A stretch of 64,000 nucleotides of DNA from Hypanus sabinus (lineage: Eukaryota). The notes beneath the pieces were generated by a model that saw nothing but the letters and a program-made list of their open reading frames with translations, did not search any database and was not told the origin of the DNA. Below, in pieces: positions 1 through 12,374 of this stretch. The translations under genes and the position numbers were made by a program. The stretch lies in contig NW_026781408.1 of assembly GCF_030144855.1 (NCBI RefSeq), positions 62,001 through 126,000 on the forward strand, written 5' to 3'. Position 1 is the stretch's first letter. Every line of letters starts with the position of its first letter.

Positions 1-242
1 ACCAAACTGCATCATACTATTGGACTACGCATGGAGTCAAAATTGCAAATCCAACCACGAACTGCCCCTCCTCACAGGGAGGGGTCCTCCTTTTATACCA
101 TGTAAAAAAAACACCTGTCACATGACCTCTACTGTCAGGAAAGTGATGTCACTCCACCATCACAAGACCATTATCTTAAGTCCAGCATATCTTCAACACC
201 ACTGTCACGTGACAAGTACAAGATAGCCACGTATCTTGTACA
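1..242 (-). repeat. 3' LTR (runs off the window), preceded by a polypurine tract at about 243-251
   Basis: 1-152 aligns with 5637-5792 (about 10 mismatches plus a 6-bp indel). On the minus strand GGAGGGAGG is immediately followed by TGTACA. Confidence 0.88.
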
Positions 243-3200
243 CCTCCCTCCAAAAAAAATATTATTCTGATAAGAACAAAATTTTAACAATTATTTACAA
301 AAATATATATAAATTTTATAATATACACAGTACACAGAGTATTATGATATAGCATCTTACAACTTCCAATACAGTAGGTGTTACAATTGTTTAAAAAAAT
401 CACTCCATAAAAAAATTACATTGTACAATCAACATCTAGATAGACAATCAGCAACCACTTTATCCTTACCTTTAATATGAGTTATCACAATATTGTACTC
501 TTGTAACATCAAATTCCAATTTAATAACCTTCTGTTTTTGTTTTTCATCTTACACAGAAACACTAACGGATTATGATCAGTGTAAACAATAAGTGTTTTT
601 TGAGTTGTACTAACATATACATCAAAATGTTCTAAAGCTAAAACAAGAGATAACAATTCCTTCTCTATTGTCGAATAGTTTCTTTGATGCTTATTAAACT
701 TCTTAGAAAAGTAAGCTACTGGATGATCAACCTCATCACCCTCATTCCTTTCCATTAAAACTGCTTCTGCAGCCTCATCACTAGCATCTACAGTTAATGA
801 AAAAGGTTTTTCAAAGTCAGGTGCCTTGAGCACAGGTTGTTGACATGTCATAGTTTTCAATTTCTCAAATGCTTCTTGAAAAGGCACTGTCCACACAAAC
901 TTCTCAATCTTCTTCAAAAGGTTAGTTAATGGAAGGGCAACATTTGCAAAATTCTTTAAACAATTTCGATAATATCCTACCATTCCCAAGAATCTCCTGA
1001 GAGTTTTTTTTTCCCGTTGGAGTGGGAATCTCTGAAATTGCCTGAACTTTTGCCTGAACAGAAGCTACCTTACCATGACCCACAACATAACCAAGGTAAG
1101 TCACAGTGGCATGTCCAAATTCACCCTTAGCTAAATTAATAGTTAAGTTAGCTTTTGAAAGCCTTTCAAACAATTTCTCCACCGCAGTAATGTGTGTTTC
1201 CCAAGTATCATTTCCTGTCACTAAATCATCAATATAAGCATCTGTATCTTTCAATCACTGAATCACAGAGTTAATCATCCTCTGGAAAGTACCTGGGGCA
1301 TTCTTCATCCCAAATGGAAGTATATTATATTCATATAGCCCAGGTGGAGTTACAAATGCAGAAATCTCTCTACCTCTGTCCGTTAGTTGTACACACCAAT
1401 ACCCTTTCAATAAATCAATCTTTGTAAGGAACTTTGCATTTCCAACTTTATCTACACAATCATCTACTCTAGGAATTGGATATGCATCTGTTTTCATTAC
1501 CGCATTCACCTTCCTATAGTCCGTACAAAACCTAATACTATCGTCTGGTTTTGACACCACAACACAGGGTGAACTCCAATTCGAGTTAGAAGGCCTAATA
1601 ATATTATTCCCCAACATATATTTAATTTCTTTCTCAGCAAGTTCACATTTTTCTATGTTCATCCTATAATGGTGTTGTTTAATGGGTTTGGTATCTCCAA
1701 CATCTACATAATGTGAAGCTATAGTAGTCCTTCTCGGAACGTCTGGAAACAAATCCTTATATTTAAAAATTAATTTCTTCATCTGCTGTTTCTGCTCTGG
1801 CTGTAAATGTGCTAATTTATCATCAATATTTTCCAGAATGGTTGAGCTTGGTAACCTGACAGAAACAATGTTGGATTTAGAATGAAATTCAGATGAATCA
1901 TCTATCATGTTCCTAGTTAGATCAGACTCATTATCATTAACCACAACAGTCACAGTAGCAGAATGTTTCTCATAATATGGTTTTATCATATTTATATGGC
2001 ACAGTTGTGTTGGGCTTCTACGATCTGGAGTTTTTAATCACGTAATCCACATCATTGATTTTAGACACAATTTCATAAAGACCATGAAATCAAGCTGGTA
2101 AAGGATTTGTTTGCACTGGGAAAAGAACCAGCACCTTATTTGCAGGTTTAAATATCCGCATCTTAGCTTCTTTATCGTAACAAGTTTTCATTTTCTCCTT
2201 GCCAATTTTAAATTTTCCTTGGCTAAGCTACAAGCTTTATGTAACCTGTCCTTAAATTTCAAAACATAGTCCAACAAATTAGTGTGTACTTCCTTACTAA
2301 TCCACTGTTCTTTTAATAAAGCTAAAGGTCCTCTAACTCTATGCCCAAGTACAAGTTCAAATGGACTGAAACCTAATGATTCCTGTACCGATTCCCTTAC
2401 TGCAAATAAAAGTAAGTTTATACCCTCATCCCAGTCACTTTCATTTTCCACACAAAATGTCCTAATCATATTCTTGAGGGTAGAATGAAACCTCTCCAAG
2501 GCACCTTGCCACTCTGGATGGTATGCAGATGAAGTAATTTGCTTAGCTCCCAATTTATAAACTATCTGTTGAAACAATCCGGACATAAAATTACTGCCTT
2601 CATCAGATTGTATTTCCTTAGGTAATCCAAAATAAGTAAAGAATTTTATAAGCGCCTTTATCACAGTTTTAGCTGCTATATTCCTAAGTGGTACTGCCTC
2701 TGGAAACCTAGACGAAGTACACATGATAGTCAACAAATACTGATAACCAGTTTTTGTTTTTGGTAATGGACCGACACAATCTATAATAACGTTAAAAAAC
2801 GGTTCACCAAATGTTGGAATAGGTTGTAATGGAGCCACTGGTGTAACTAGATTTGGTTTACCCACAATCTGACAAGTATTGCATGTTTTACAAAACATCG
2901 CCTAATCTTTTCTTAGACCAGGCCAGTAAAAATGTTTTAAAATCTTGTCCACAGTTTTCCTTACCCCTTGATGTCCACCTAAGGGCACACTATGAGCTAA
3001 AGTAAATATCTCATTTCGATAAACCTTCAGGACAACTACCTGGTAAACAATATTCCATTCATCACTTGCAGGAACTGTAGGTGGTCTCCACTTCCTCATC
3101 AACACTCCTTTTTCAAAGCAATATCCTACTGGCACCTTCTCAATTTCAACATCTGGTAGAGCTTGTTCTCTTAATCTTATAATCTCAGGGTCTCTACTCT

Positions 3201-4980
3201 GCTCTGCTATCATCCCCTTGCGAGACAGAGATAAATCTTCATAGTCAGACTTACTGCAAGAATCTTGTTCAAACAATGAAGGTAAGGAAGTCTCTGACAC
3301 ATCCTCAAAACTCGAATCCTGAGATGAACAGTCATGAGTAACAACCTCATTCTGCACATCAATCTTTTTAGCCACAGCTCTAGTCACAACACAGGAAGAA
3401 TCTGTGTTAGAATTCATCTCTGGTTCCTCTGACTCCATTGTCAAATGCACTTCAGGAAAAAATTGTCCAACTGCCAAGTCATTACCTAACAATAAAGAAA
3501 TATCCTTCACAGGTAAGCTAGGCTGTAATCCTACTTTAACAAGTCCTGTAACTAACCCTTACTTTATGCAAATGTACAGGCATAAAGGCACTCCCAACAC
3601 CTCATATATAATTTACCTCATCATTAAACTTCAATACACTGTCTAACATCAGTGATTGAGACTTTTATTGGCACTGGAGTAGACCCTTCTTTCAAGGATA
3701 CAAACCCTTCAGTTATAAAATGATCATATCCACCTTTAATTTGGTCAGACTAACAAAACTTCATTTGTGTTTGTCAAAACCTGTAATTTACAGGTGTTTC
3801 AGTATGTTGCATGCAAGCATCTTGGACTGCTTCTTTCTCTTTCTTTTTCAATCGGAAACAGTTTGCTATTACATGGCCAGGTTTCTTACAATAGTTACAA
3901 ATAGGACCAAACTGTCTTTCCTTCACAGGATTTCCTTCCTCTTTACCTTTCTCATTACCTAGTAATTTAATTTCTGGTTTACCTTGAATCTCCGTGTTAT
4001 TTTTCCTCTTATAAATTCTGCCCCAAGGAAATTTATTCTTATGGATTAAAACATACTCATCAGCTAATCTACCAGAGTCCTGCAATGTATCAATATCCCT
4101 CTCATTTAAGTAGGTATTTACTTCAACAGGGATGCTTTGTTTAACTTCCTCCATTAAAATCAGTTCTTTCAATTTATTACAGTCCCCATTTACAAAGAGG
4201 AAAGCCATCTCTCAAAACGCACAGCTTTATCATAGGCAAATTCCACAAGTTTTTTCCACAGACTTCTTCAAACTTCTGAATCTTTCTCTATATGCTTCTG
4301 GGACCAATTTGTATGCTTTCAAAATCTGCTGTTTCACAATATCATAATCAAGTGCTTGCGCAGCAGTTAAAGCTATATAAACTTGTTGTGCTTTGCCTTT
4401 AAGTACACTCTGCAACAACACTGACCACTTATCTTTCGGCTACTCTGAAATCTGTTTTCTATTTCTGTTTCACTAAGTGGAGGGACCAATTTAATTTCTT
4501 GACTAACAACAAACGGTTTTCTAGAACCAGAAGACTGATTCTCAGACCTTAATTCCGCCATCGCATATTCAAATTCCCTCTTTTTATTTTCAGCTTTTGA
4601 CCTATAACGCTCCAATTCTGCTTTACTTTGTTCCAACTTCATTTGTTCGAGTTGCAACTGCATCTCTAGATTACTTATTGGAAACAGCTCTAAAGTGGGT
4701 TCATCAAAATCACCCGAATCCACATAGTCTGATGTGATTTTTCTCTGTATTAGAGCCTTTGATGTAGACCTTGAAATACCTTTAAGTTCCAATCTACTAG
4801 CTATCTCAGACACCTCAGTTTTTTTCACCTTCGCTAACAACTCTGGCAAAGCCAGAAACTCAACAATATTCATTGCTGCCGAATTCCACTCACAAGCCAA
4901 TCAGACAAAAGAATCCAGTATTCCCCTTTTCCAAAACACCGATTCAAAATAGAACAAACATGTAAACACAAAAATGGTTA

Positions 4981-4998
4981 ATCCCGGATATACCCCCA
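4981..4998 (-). promoter_or_regulatory. Primer-binding site, tRNA-Pro type
   Basis: Minus strand TGGGGGTATATCCGGGAT matches the canonical TGGGGGCTCGTCCGGGAT at 14/18 positions, 6 bp from the LTR end. Confidence 0.8.
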
Positions 4999-5004
4999 TA
5001 TATA

Positions 5005-5793
5005 TGTTACGGATTCAGCAGCAATAGATATAATGTGAGGCAGGGTTTTTTTTAAAAATAACAAATAAAAAATGTATTAAACACTGAAAAACAAACCCCC
5101 AAAAGCAACAAACATCTAACGTAACTGGAAATCAGCTGCTGTGCTGCGGTTTAAACAGTTCTTAAAGGAATAAAGCGAAAACAGTTCTTAAAGCAATGTT
5201 GCAAAAACAGTTCTTCAAAGTAGTACTGCAGAAGTTCAAAGTGCTTGCAGTCCATTAAAGGAGAGACGTTTTAGACAATTTAAATTCTCTTTCACGTCGT
5301 GTTGCTGAGGTTTCCAGTCGAACTATATTTTTCCTGGAGAATTTACGAAGGTGAAAATGAAATGGCTTAGAGGCACTGACCTTTCCTTTACAAAACTGTA
5401 CCCAACCCTTTCTGCTAATATGTGCAGGGGTTAACACGGGCACAGCCAATGGATTCCTTCCGAATGAGGATCAAACAAGGTCGAACCTGTTTCACCATTG
5501 AAACTGACTTCCCTCGATCTTTTAACTCCTGAAATCTGATCTTCACTCTCCACTAATTTTTACCTGGCAGCATTGTAACGAAACTGCCAGCAATGAACTT
5601 TTAAACTTTAGGCTTTAAATAAAACCCCACCTTTCAACCAAACTGCATCATAATATTGGACCACGCAGTGGCATGGAGTCAAAATGGCAAATCCAGCCAC
5701 GAACTGCCCCTCCTCACAGGGAGGGGTCCTCCTTTTATACCCTGTAAAAAAAAACTGTCATATGACCTCTACTGGCGGGAAAATGATGTCACC
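5005..5793 (-). repeat. 5' LTR, truncated by about 90 bp at its outer end
   Basis: Ends ...CCGTAACA on the minus strand just before the PBS. Homology to the 3' LTR stops at about 5792. Confidence 0.88.
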
Positions 5794-6169
5794 AATGGGA
5801 AGAGTGTAACTCCTCTGTTGACTGTGTGGTGGGTTGGGTGGTTCAGGTAATTGTTACCTTTGGCGGTAAAGCTCAACAGTCTCAGCGCCAGTTTGATGTA
5901 ATGAAGTGCACACGTGATGTCATATCCTGGTGTGGGGAACGCACACGTGACAGCAGTGTGGGCCGGGCTTGGGTTGGGGTGTTCCATCTGTTGAGGGCTG
6001 CTTTTTCTTGTCCCCTTGAATATATCTCTCTTTGCAAAAGTCTCTGCTTATCCCTGGGAATATAGTAACACATCACCATGACTGTCCTGGTACTGCCCAT
6101 CACCACCACCTTGCTCAGGGTTACTGTCAGCCTGCCTGGTCAATCCCTTCCTCAGCAAATCTCTGGAAT

Positions 6170-6450
6170 ATCTCACAAAATGCTGGAGGTACTCTGCAGC
6201 TCAGGCAGCATCTATGGAGGAGAAAAAACAATCAACGTTTCGGGCCAAGGACCTTCATCGGACTGGAAATTAGGGGACAGAAATTTGAGATATTGTCACA
6301 CTAATTTCTATTCCTCGTGGTCCTGATCCAAAATGTCACATTTTTATTCCTGTCCATGGATGCTGCCTGACCTGCTGAGTTCTGCAAATCTTTTGTGTGT
6401 CTTTGTGTTGCCCAAAACTTTCAGCATCTGCAGAATGTCTTGTCTTCTGG
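6170..6450. mobile_element. Palindromic Penelope-derived non-autonomous element (degenerate)
   Basis: Arm CACAAAATGCTGGAGG..CAGGCAGCATCTATGG and its inverted partner CCATGGATGCTGCCTGACCTGCTGAGTTC..TTTTGTGTG. A paralog lies at about 7290-7560. Confidence 0.7.
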
Positions 6451-6671
6451 AGTAACTCGCTATTTGAATGTGCATCACAATCTGTCAGAGGAGCAGGAGC
6501 AGACGGTAACTGTACTCCTTCCACGTGTGACTGTGTTTTCCCCAGAGATGTTGACTCTCTTTCTCATCTCTGTTCAGTTTTCACCAATGTTTTCTGAATT
6601 GCCAATATTGAATTAAACCCAGACACAGAATGAGCAGAGTATTTATAAATTAAAATAACTCGCCAGCATAC

Positions 6672-6732
6672 CTGTATCATTTCCCGATGTTGACATCACT
6701 GGAACTCCTCCACTGCTTGCACCTTGACCCAT
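6672..6732 (-). CDS. Putative first coding exon MGQGASSGGVPVMSTSGNDT (exon 6672-6755), resembling elasmobranch NLR N-termini
   Basis: Polypyrimidine TTTTGTTTGTTTCAG acceptor, AAAATGG start, and phase-1 donor CAG|GTATG. The NLR resemblance is from recall only. Confidence 0.55.
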
Positions 6733-7774
6733 TTTGAGGACAGGTGTGATCAGTTCTGAAACAAACAAAAACGAGGGTCAAACATTCACTGGGGTTTAAG
6801 GAGAACACCGTTTTGTTTTTAAACGGAGGCAAACACTTCCAAACATATTGGGCTTGTCCACTGAAGCCGTGACATTGCCTGGTCCTCCCACAGTCACACA
6901 ATGTCCATTTCCACACTATCCATGGATTGTACACTGTGCCTGAATTCTCCAGGGTATCTACTCACTATATTACACGCAATTCCCTTTAAGGAACCATTCT
7001 TGTGTCCTGGGCTGGGAATGATGTGTCATGTGACAGCAGGCAGGAGGGGGCGCAGTGTGGTGTCAGATCCCGGTCTGAAACGGACTCGGGCTGGGGTGTT
7101 CCATCTGTTGAAGGCTGCTCTTTCTTGTCTCTGTTAATATACTCTCTGTTTTCAAAGGACTCTGCTTATTCCTGGGTGAATATAGTAACCCATCACTATC
7201 ACTCTCCTGATACTGTCCATCACCACCGCTTTGCTCTGGGTTACTGTCTGCCTGCCCGGTCAACCCCTTCCTCAGACAATCTCTGGAATAACTCACAAAA
7301 TGCTGGGGAGCTCAGCAGGTCAGGCAGCATCTATGGAGGAGAATAAACAATAAACGTTTCGGGCCAAGGCCCTTCATCGGACTGGAAATGAAGGAACTGT
7401 AATTCCAGATACTGTCACACTACTTTCTATTCCTTGTGGTCCTGATCCAAAACGTCAAATGTCTATTCCTCTCCATGGTTGCTGCCTGACCTGCTGAGTT
7501 CCGCCAATATTTTGTGTGTGTTGCTCAAACTGATCAGCATCTGCAGAATATCTTGTGTTATGTAGAATCTCGCTACTTTAATGTGCATCATAATCTGTTA
7601 GAGGAGCAAGAGCAGACACAAGTGACTGTTTCCTTCCACAAGTGACCGTTTCCCCAGAGATGTTAACTCTCTCTCATCTCTCTGCTCAGTTTTTCACAAA
7701 CATTTTGTGAATTGCCGACGTTGAATTAAACCCAGAATCAGTAATTTATAAATTAAAATAATTCACCAAAATAC

Positions 7775-7835
7775 CTGTGTCCTTTCCCGATGTTGATGTC
7801 ACTGGAGCTCCTCCACTGCTCGAACCTTGACTCAT
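7775..7835 (-). CDS. Paralogous putative first coding exon MSQGSSSGGAPVTSTSGKDT (exon 7775-7867)
   Basis: TTTTTTGTTACAG acceptor, ATG, and donor CAG|GTATT. Same 61-nt coding length as the 6672-6732 exon. Confidence 0.55.
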
Positions 7836-8199
7836 TTTGAGGACAGATGTGATCAGTTTTTGCTGCTCTGTAACAAAAAAAATAACAGGAGGATCAAACA
7901 ATCACTGGGGTTTAAAAGAGAACACTGTTTTGGTTTTAAACTGAGGCAAGGAATTCCAAACATCTTGGGTTTGTCCACTGAAACCTTGACATGGCCGGAT
8001 CCACCTGTGCCCGTCCACCCACAGTCACACAATGTCCATTTCCAATCTCTCCATGGAACATAGATTGGGATAGGATTCTCCAGGGTTATCTACTCACTAT
8101 ATTACAGGCAATTCCCTTTTAGGAACCAATCTTGTGTCCTGGACCGGGAGTGATGAGTCTCCGGAATGGCAAGCCAGGTTGAACAGACAGCACCCATTG

Positions 8200-10200
8200 C
8201 CTTGGTCCTCCTACCACTGGTGGCGCTGTGGTGAGTAATGGACAACTGTTCCAGCAGTGTGGGCTGAATCATTTCTGCTGACGATCAGGCTTCTATTCCT
8301 CTCGTCACTGGATTATACAGATTTCTCAGTCACACCTGATTCTCACCGTCTCCTTTCATTTTAACATCACCTGGCATTGACACCAATGTCAATATATGAT
8401 TTGTATCGAAAGAATAACACACTGACAACCTGAACAACACAATGTCACACATAGCATCGTGACATTTTGCCCTGAACAACTATCGTTCTTTCTGCAGGAT
8501 TTCAAGACCATTATTAGCACCAAAACTTGATTAATATTTCTTTGAGCATATCACCTGGCTATTATCAGATAGTTAGTTATATGACACCTTGTTAAACACA
8601 ATGTTGACAAGTCACACGTCCAAAACTGCCAGTTGGGATTAATCATCAAAATAAATGAAACAAAATGATGGAATTATTCAACAAGACAGTGAGCATGTTA
8701 ATATTTCAAATGGAAGACCCTGTTTCAGAGCTGAGCCTGAGTGTAGGAGCCATGTATCTGTTCTCTATCAGCATTGCATCCTGCATTGTGTATTTATGAT
8801 ACTTTTTATGGTAATGTTGCATCACTGGGGTTGTAGTAAATGCAAAGGGAACCAGTTACATATTTGTGCTTTGTTCACTGTAGTACACAGCTGGGGACTG
8901 ATGAATGTAATATATGTTGTTATTATCCACTCAGATACACTGAACTTACACTTGGGTACAGTGCAGTTTCATCGCTTCGAGATTGTATGTTTGCTGATTA
9001 CTAATAAAGTACCCAACACATAGGCCCTACTTTTGTAACAATCATTATTGGAGCTGAGGGCACGTCTTGCAAGTATGACAAATCCGCGGATGGCGCCAGC
9101 AATGGCAGATTTGCTTGGTTGAATCCCACCGCTACATTCTCGACAGAATGACCTTGACAATTGTGGGGATGACTTACAGCAGACTAAAACTATGGAGTGT
9201 ATGGACTTTGTCCTCCTACCACTGGTGGTGTTGTGGTGAGTAATGGACAAGTGTTACCGCAGTGTGGAACATCTATTCTTCTCTTTTCAGTTTAACATCA
9301 TCTGGGATTGACGCTTCTGGCAATATATGCTTTGAGTCTACATAGAATCACTGACATCTCGAACAATGCAATGTCACAAATAACATCATGACATCTTGTC
9401 CTGAACCACGACATTTTCTCCTGCAGGACTTTAAGACCATTTTTATCACCTAAACTCAGTCAAGATTTCTTTGAACTTATCACCTGGCTAATATCAGATA
9501 GTTACAAGGCACCTTGTTAAGCACAATGTAGACCTGCCATACATCGAAAACAGCAAGCTGGGAAAAGAAGCTTTTGAGATAAATAAAACAAAATGCTGGA
9601 ATTATTCAACAAGACAGACAGTATGTGAATATTTCAGGTGGAAGACCTGGTATCAGTGCTGAGCCTGTGTATCTGTTCCCTATCTGTATTGTGTATTTAT
9701 GATTTTTTTTATGGTAACTTTTCGCATCATTCGTGGTGTGGTAAATGCAAAGGGAATCAGTTACATGTTTGTGCTTTGTTCCATGCAGTACACAGCTGGG
9801 GACTGATGGATATCATATATTTTGTTATTATCCTCTCAAATATGCTGAACTTACACTTGGCTACACTTCAGATTCATCGCTTCAAGATTGTACATTTGCT
9901 GATTGCTAATAACGGATCGAATACATATCACCGACATTTGTAACAATCATCACGGGAGCTGAGGGGACACCATGCAAAGATAACAAATCCGTGGGGTCGC
10001 TAATAACGGCAACTTGGTTTGGTTAGAGTTCACCGCTACATTCTCAACAGATGTTTCTCAATCAGCCGATCATTTAAAACATTCTGATGCACATAATGAA
10101 TACTTTGCTTCATTATTCACAAGTGAAAGAGACCTTGGAAGTTGTGGGGATGACTTACAGCGGACTGAAACACTTGAGTGCACAGAATTTAAGAAAGAGG
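8200..10200. repeat. Tandem duplication of an approximately 1-kb unit (about 8200-9205 and 9206-10200)
   Basis: Both units start TCCTCCTACCACTGGTGG.GYTGTGGTGAGTAATGGACAA, stay colinear, and end in the same CR1 fragment. Confidence 0.85.
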
Positions 10201-10383
10201 ATGTGCTGGACCTTTTGAAAGTTTGATAAGCCGCCGGGACTGGATGAGATATAACCCAGGCTACTGTGGGAAGTGAGGGAGGAGATTGCTGAGCCTCTGG
10301 CAATGATCTTTGCATCATCAATAGGGATGGGAGAAGTACCAAAGGATTGGAAGTTTGCATTGTTCTTTTGTTCAAGAAAGGGA
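10090..10383 (+). mobile_element. CR1 LINE ORF2 fragment
   Basis: NEYFASLFT and the GGGACTGGATGAGATATA (PGxDxI) region typical of the CR1 pre-RT segment. Confidence 0.8.
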
Positions 10384-10587
10384 CAAACAACCTCAGACTC
10401 CATCCTATCCAACTTCTCACACCATATTTATCCTCTCAGTTAATTCCCTCTCCCTCTTACTGCTGCTGGGATCCCTCCTTCCCTGGGGAACCAGCATCAA
10501 CTGAAGGGCTGAGAAGTCTTCTCCTAACTGTCAGCGATACATCAGAAACCTGCCGCAGGAGATACTTCACAAACACCCCCAACTTAC

Positions 10588-10680
10588 CTCGGAGAAAAAT
10601 GTAAATAATTCAAAAAGCAGGACATTTACTTTGAGATTTGTTCCGCTTTGACGGGGAGTTCAGAGCGGGAGTGTGAGATG
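10588..10680 (-). other. Putative non-coding first exon (paralogs end at 15197 and 27301)
   Basis: Minus-strand donor GAG|GTAAGT next to a CCAAT/E-box/CRE module. The donor is GAG|GTAATT at 15196 and is mutated to GAG|GGAAGT at 27300. The 5' limit is approximate. Confidence 0.5.
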
Positions 10681-10699
10681 TGATCAGCAGGGTTAACAA

Positions 10700-11110
10700 C
10701 CCCTCGGCTGGCCCATCTCCACTATTGGGTGCAACCAGTGATTGACATTGCTTTGCACCAATGGGAAGAGTGCAACTCCTCTGTTGATGGTAGGTGGGGT
10801 GGGTGGGTCAGGGAATTGTTACCTCAGCCAGTAAAGTTCAACCGTCTCAGTGTCAGTGTTATGTAAGGAATTGCACACATGACATCATATCCCAGTGTGG
10901 GGTACCCACACGTGACACCAGGCAGGTGGGGGCGCAGACTGATGTTAGATCCAGTGGTGGGGATCCCACATGTGGCACCAGGCATGTGATCCTGGTGTGG
11001 GGAACCCACGTGACATCAGACACATGAGGGCACAGACTGAAGTTATATCCCAGTGTGGGAACGCAATGGCGTCACGTGTGGGTGAGAGCTTGTTTTCAAA
11101 AGCTGTTCAA
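10700..11110. promoter_or_regulatory. Duplicated promoter module (CCAAT boxes, E-box/CRE repeats), CpG-decayed copy
   Basis: ATTGG/CCAAT boxes and repeated CACGTGAC units. Homologous to 15310-15600, 27420-27720 and 5791-5960. Confidence 0.6.
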
Positions 11111-11329
11111 TGGAGGTTTCAAATGATTTTAGTGGAACAACAAAGGAAACTTAACAGGTTTCATCACTGAATGCAGTGTTGTGTGAGGGGAAGTCCCCTG
11201 CTACATGCCTGGCGTTATGGAGTGGGCAGTGGAGCCTTTATCTTGTGTTGGGTTACAAAACCCCCAGTGTTCCTGGGGAGGACTTTCCAGTGTGATCTGG
11301 TTCGGGGTGCTTCAGTCAGTGCAGTATCT

Positions 11330-11590
11330 TGTTCACCACCCCTTTTGATACAGCCCACAACAGTGGTGTCAACAACGTACTTATATATGGTACTTAGCCA
11401 CACAGTCACAGGTGTAAAGCGAATAGACTGGGGGCTGAGTACACATCTCTGTGGTACTCCTGTGATGATGGAGATTGTGGAGGAGATGTTTTTGCCAATC
11501 TGAACTGAGTGGGGTCTGCAAGTGAGGAAATCCAGGATCCAATTGCACAAGGATCTATTGAGGTCAGGTCTAGAAGTTTAATGAGAAGCT
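11330..11590 (-). mobile_element. Rex1/Babar-like LINE RT fragment
   Basis: [40 protein letters not shown]. Confidence 0.8.
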
Positions 11591-12374
11591 TTGAGTGGAC
11601 GATGATTTTAAAGATAACCCAGTAAATTTTATTTTAAACTTACTCAGCATCCCTTATGAGGCAAATGACATCAAGCATTTGCAGCTCCAGTTCCTTAACA
11701 CTTCTCTCAGGAGTTGCAGCTTGGTGTACTGGTGTAGATGTGGTTACCTGGAAAGCTGGAGGTCTCCCCGAATATCCAGTAATTTCTTTTTTATTTTGAA
11801 TAATGCACAAACACCATTTTCAAGATGCTTGTAACATCCTGAACAGATTTTGCAGAAATGCAAAGCCCATATTCATTAGTTTTCTCTTCAGTCTAATACA
11901 TTCCTTACAGCCAATGTTCACAACATCCTTTCCCTCCCCCCCCCCCCCCCAATCACCCCACCTCACGCTCCTGAGGTCAGTTGTCTATTCACTGAAGGGC
12001 ATTGATCAGAGAATGAAAAATAATGCAACACTCCTTTGTGAGCTGTTACTGACCAAAATAAACTGAAAAAGCTCTGTATCACATGCTGTGAGTTTAATTT
12101 CTGTAATAATGAAATTAAAGTTGTAATTTACCCTTTTACCCTGCCTTGTGCTGCATTTAATTCAACCTGTGCTGGTGATGCTTCCCCAGGCACACTGCCC
12201 CGTGGGGGCGAGGGTCCTCTCCCAATTCCGACCCCGCAGACTATCCCAACACAAAATGGAAAGGAAACTGCTGTCCGTCCAGGAGGAGCGAGCATGTGCT
12301 GTGATTGTTGAAGCAAGCATGAGGGGGCAGGCCTTGAAATGAAACCCACAGATGCTGCAGAACTACGGTAAAAT

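Larger units (their letters stand above)
1..5793 (-). mobile_element. Decayed Gmr1-like Ty3/gypsy LTR retrotransposon (gag-PR-IN-RT-RH order)
   Basis: Minus-strand ORF fragments in order: gag with SCAN-like segment (4900-4230), CCHC knuckle CNYCKKPGHVIANC (4208-3774), integrase HHCC+DDE (3510-2188), RT with YIDD (1989-922), RNase H (989-429). LTRs at both ends, with PBS and PPT. Several stops and frameshifts. Confidence 0.95.
5950..8160. repeat. Tandem duplication of an approximately 1.1-kb unit (about 5950-7030 and 7030-8160)
   Basis: Both units share GGGGTGTTCCATCTGTTGA, a palindromic element, and the same minus-strand exon. Confidence 0.85.

Noticed and set aside
429-3510. Integrase before RT, suggesting copia or a novel element
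   Set aside because: The sequence motifs are gypsy-type and this domain order is the known hallmark of the Gmr1 clade.
8210-8230. CTCF-like CCACTGGTGGCGC
   Set aside because: One base short of the core consensus and degraded in the duplicate.
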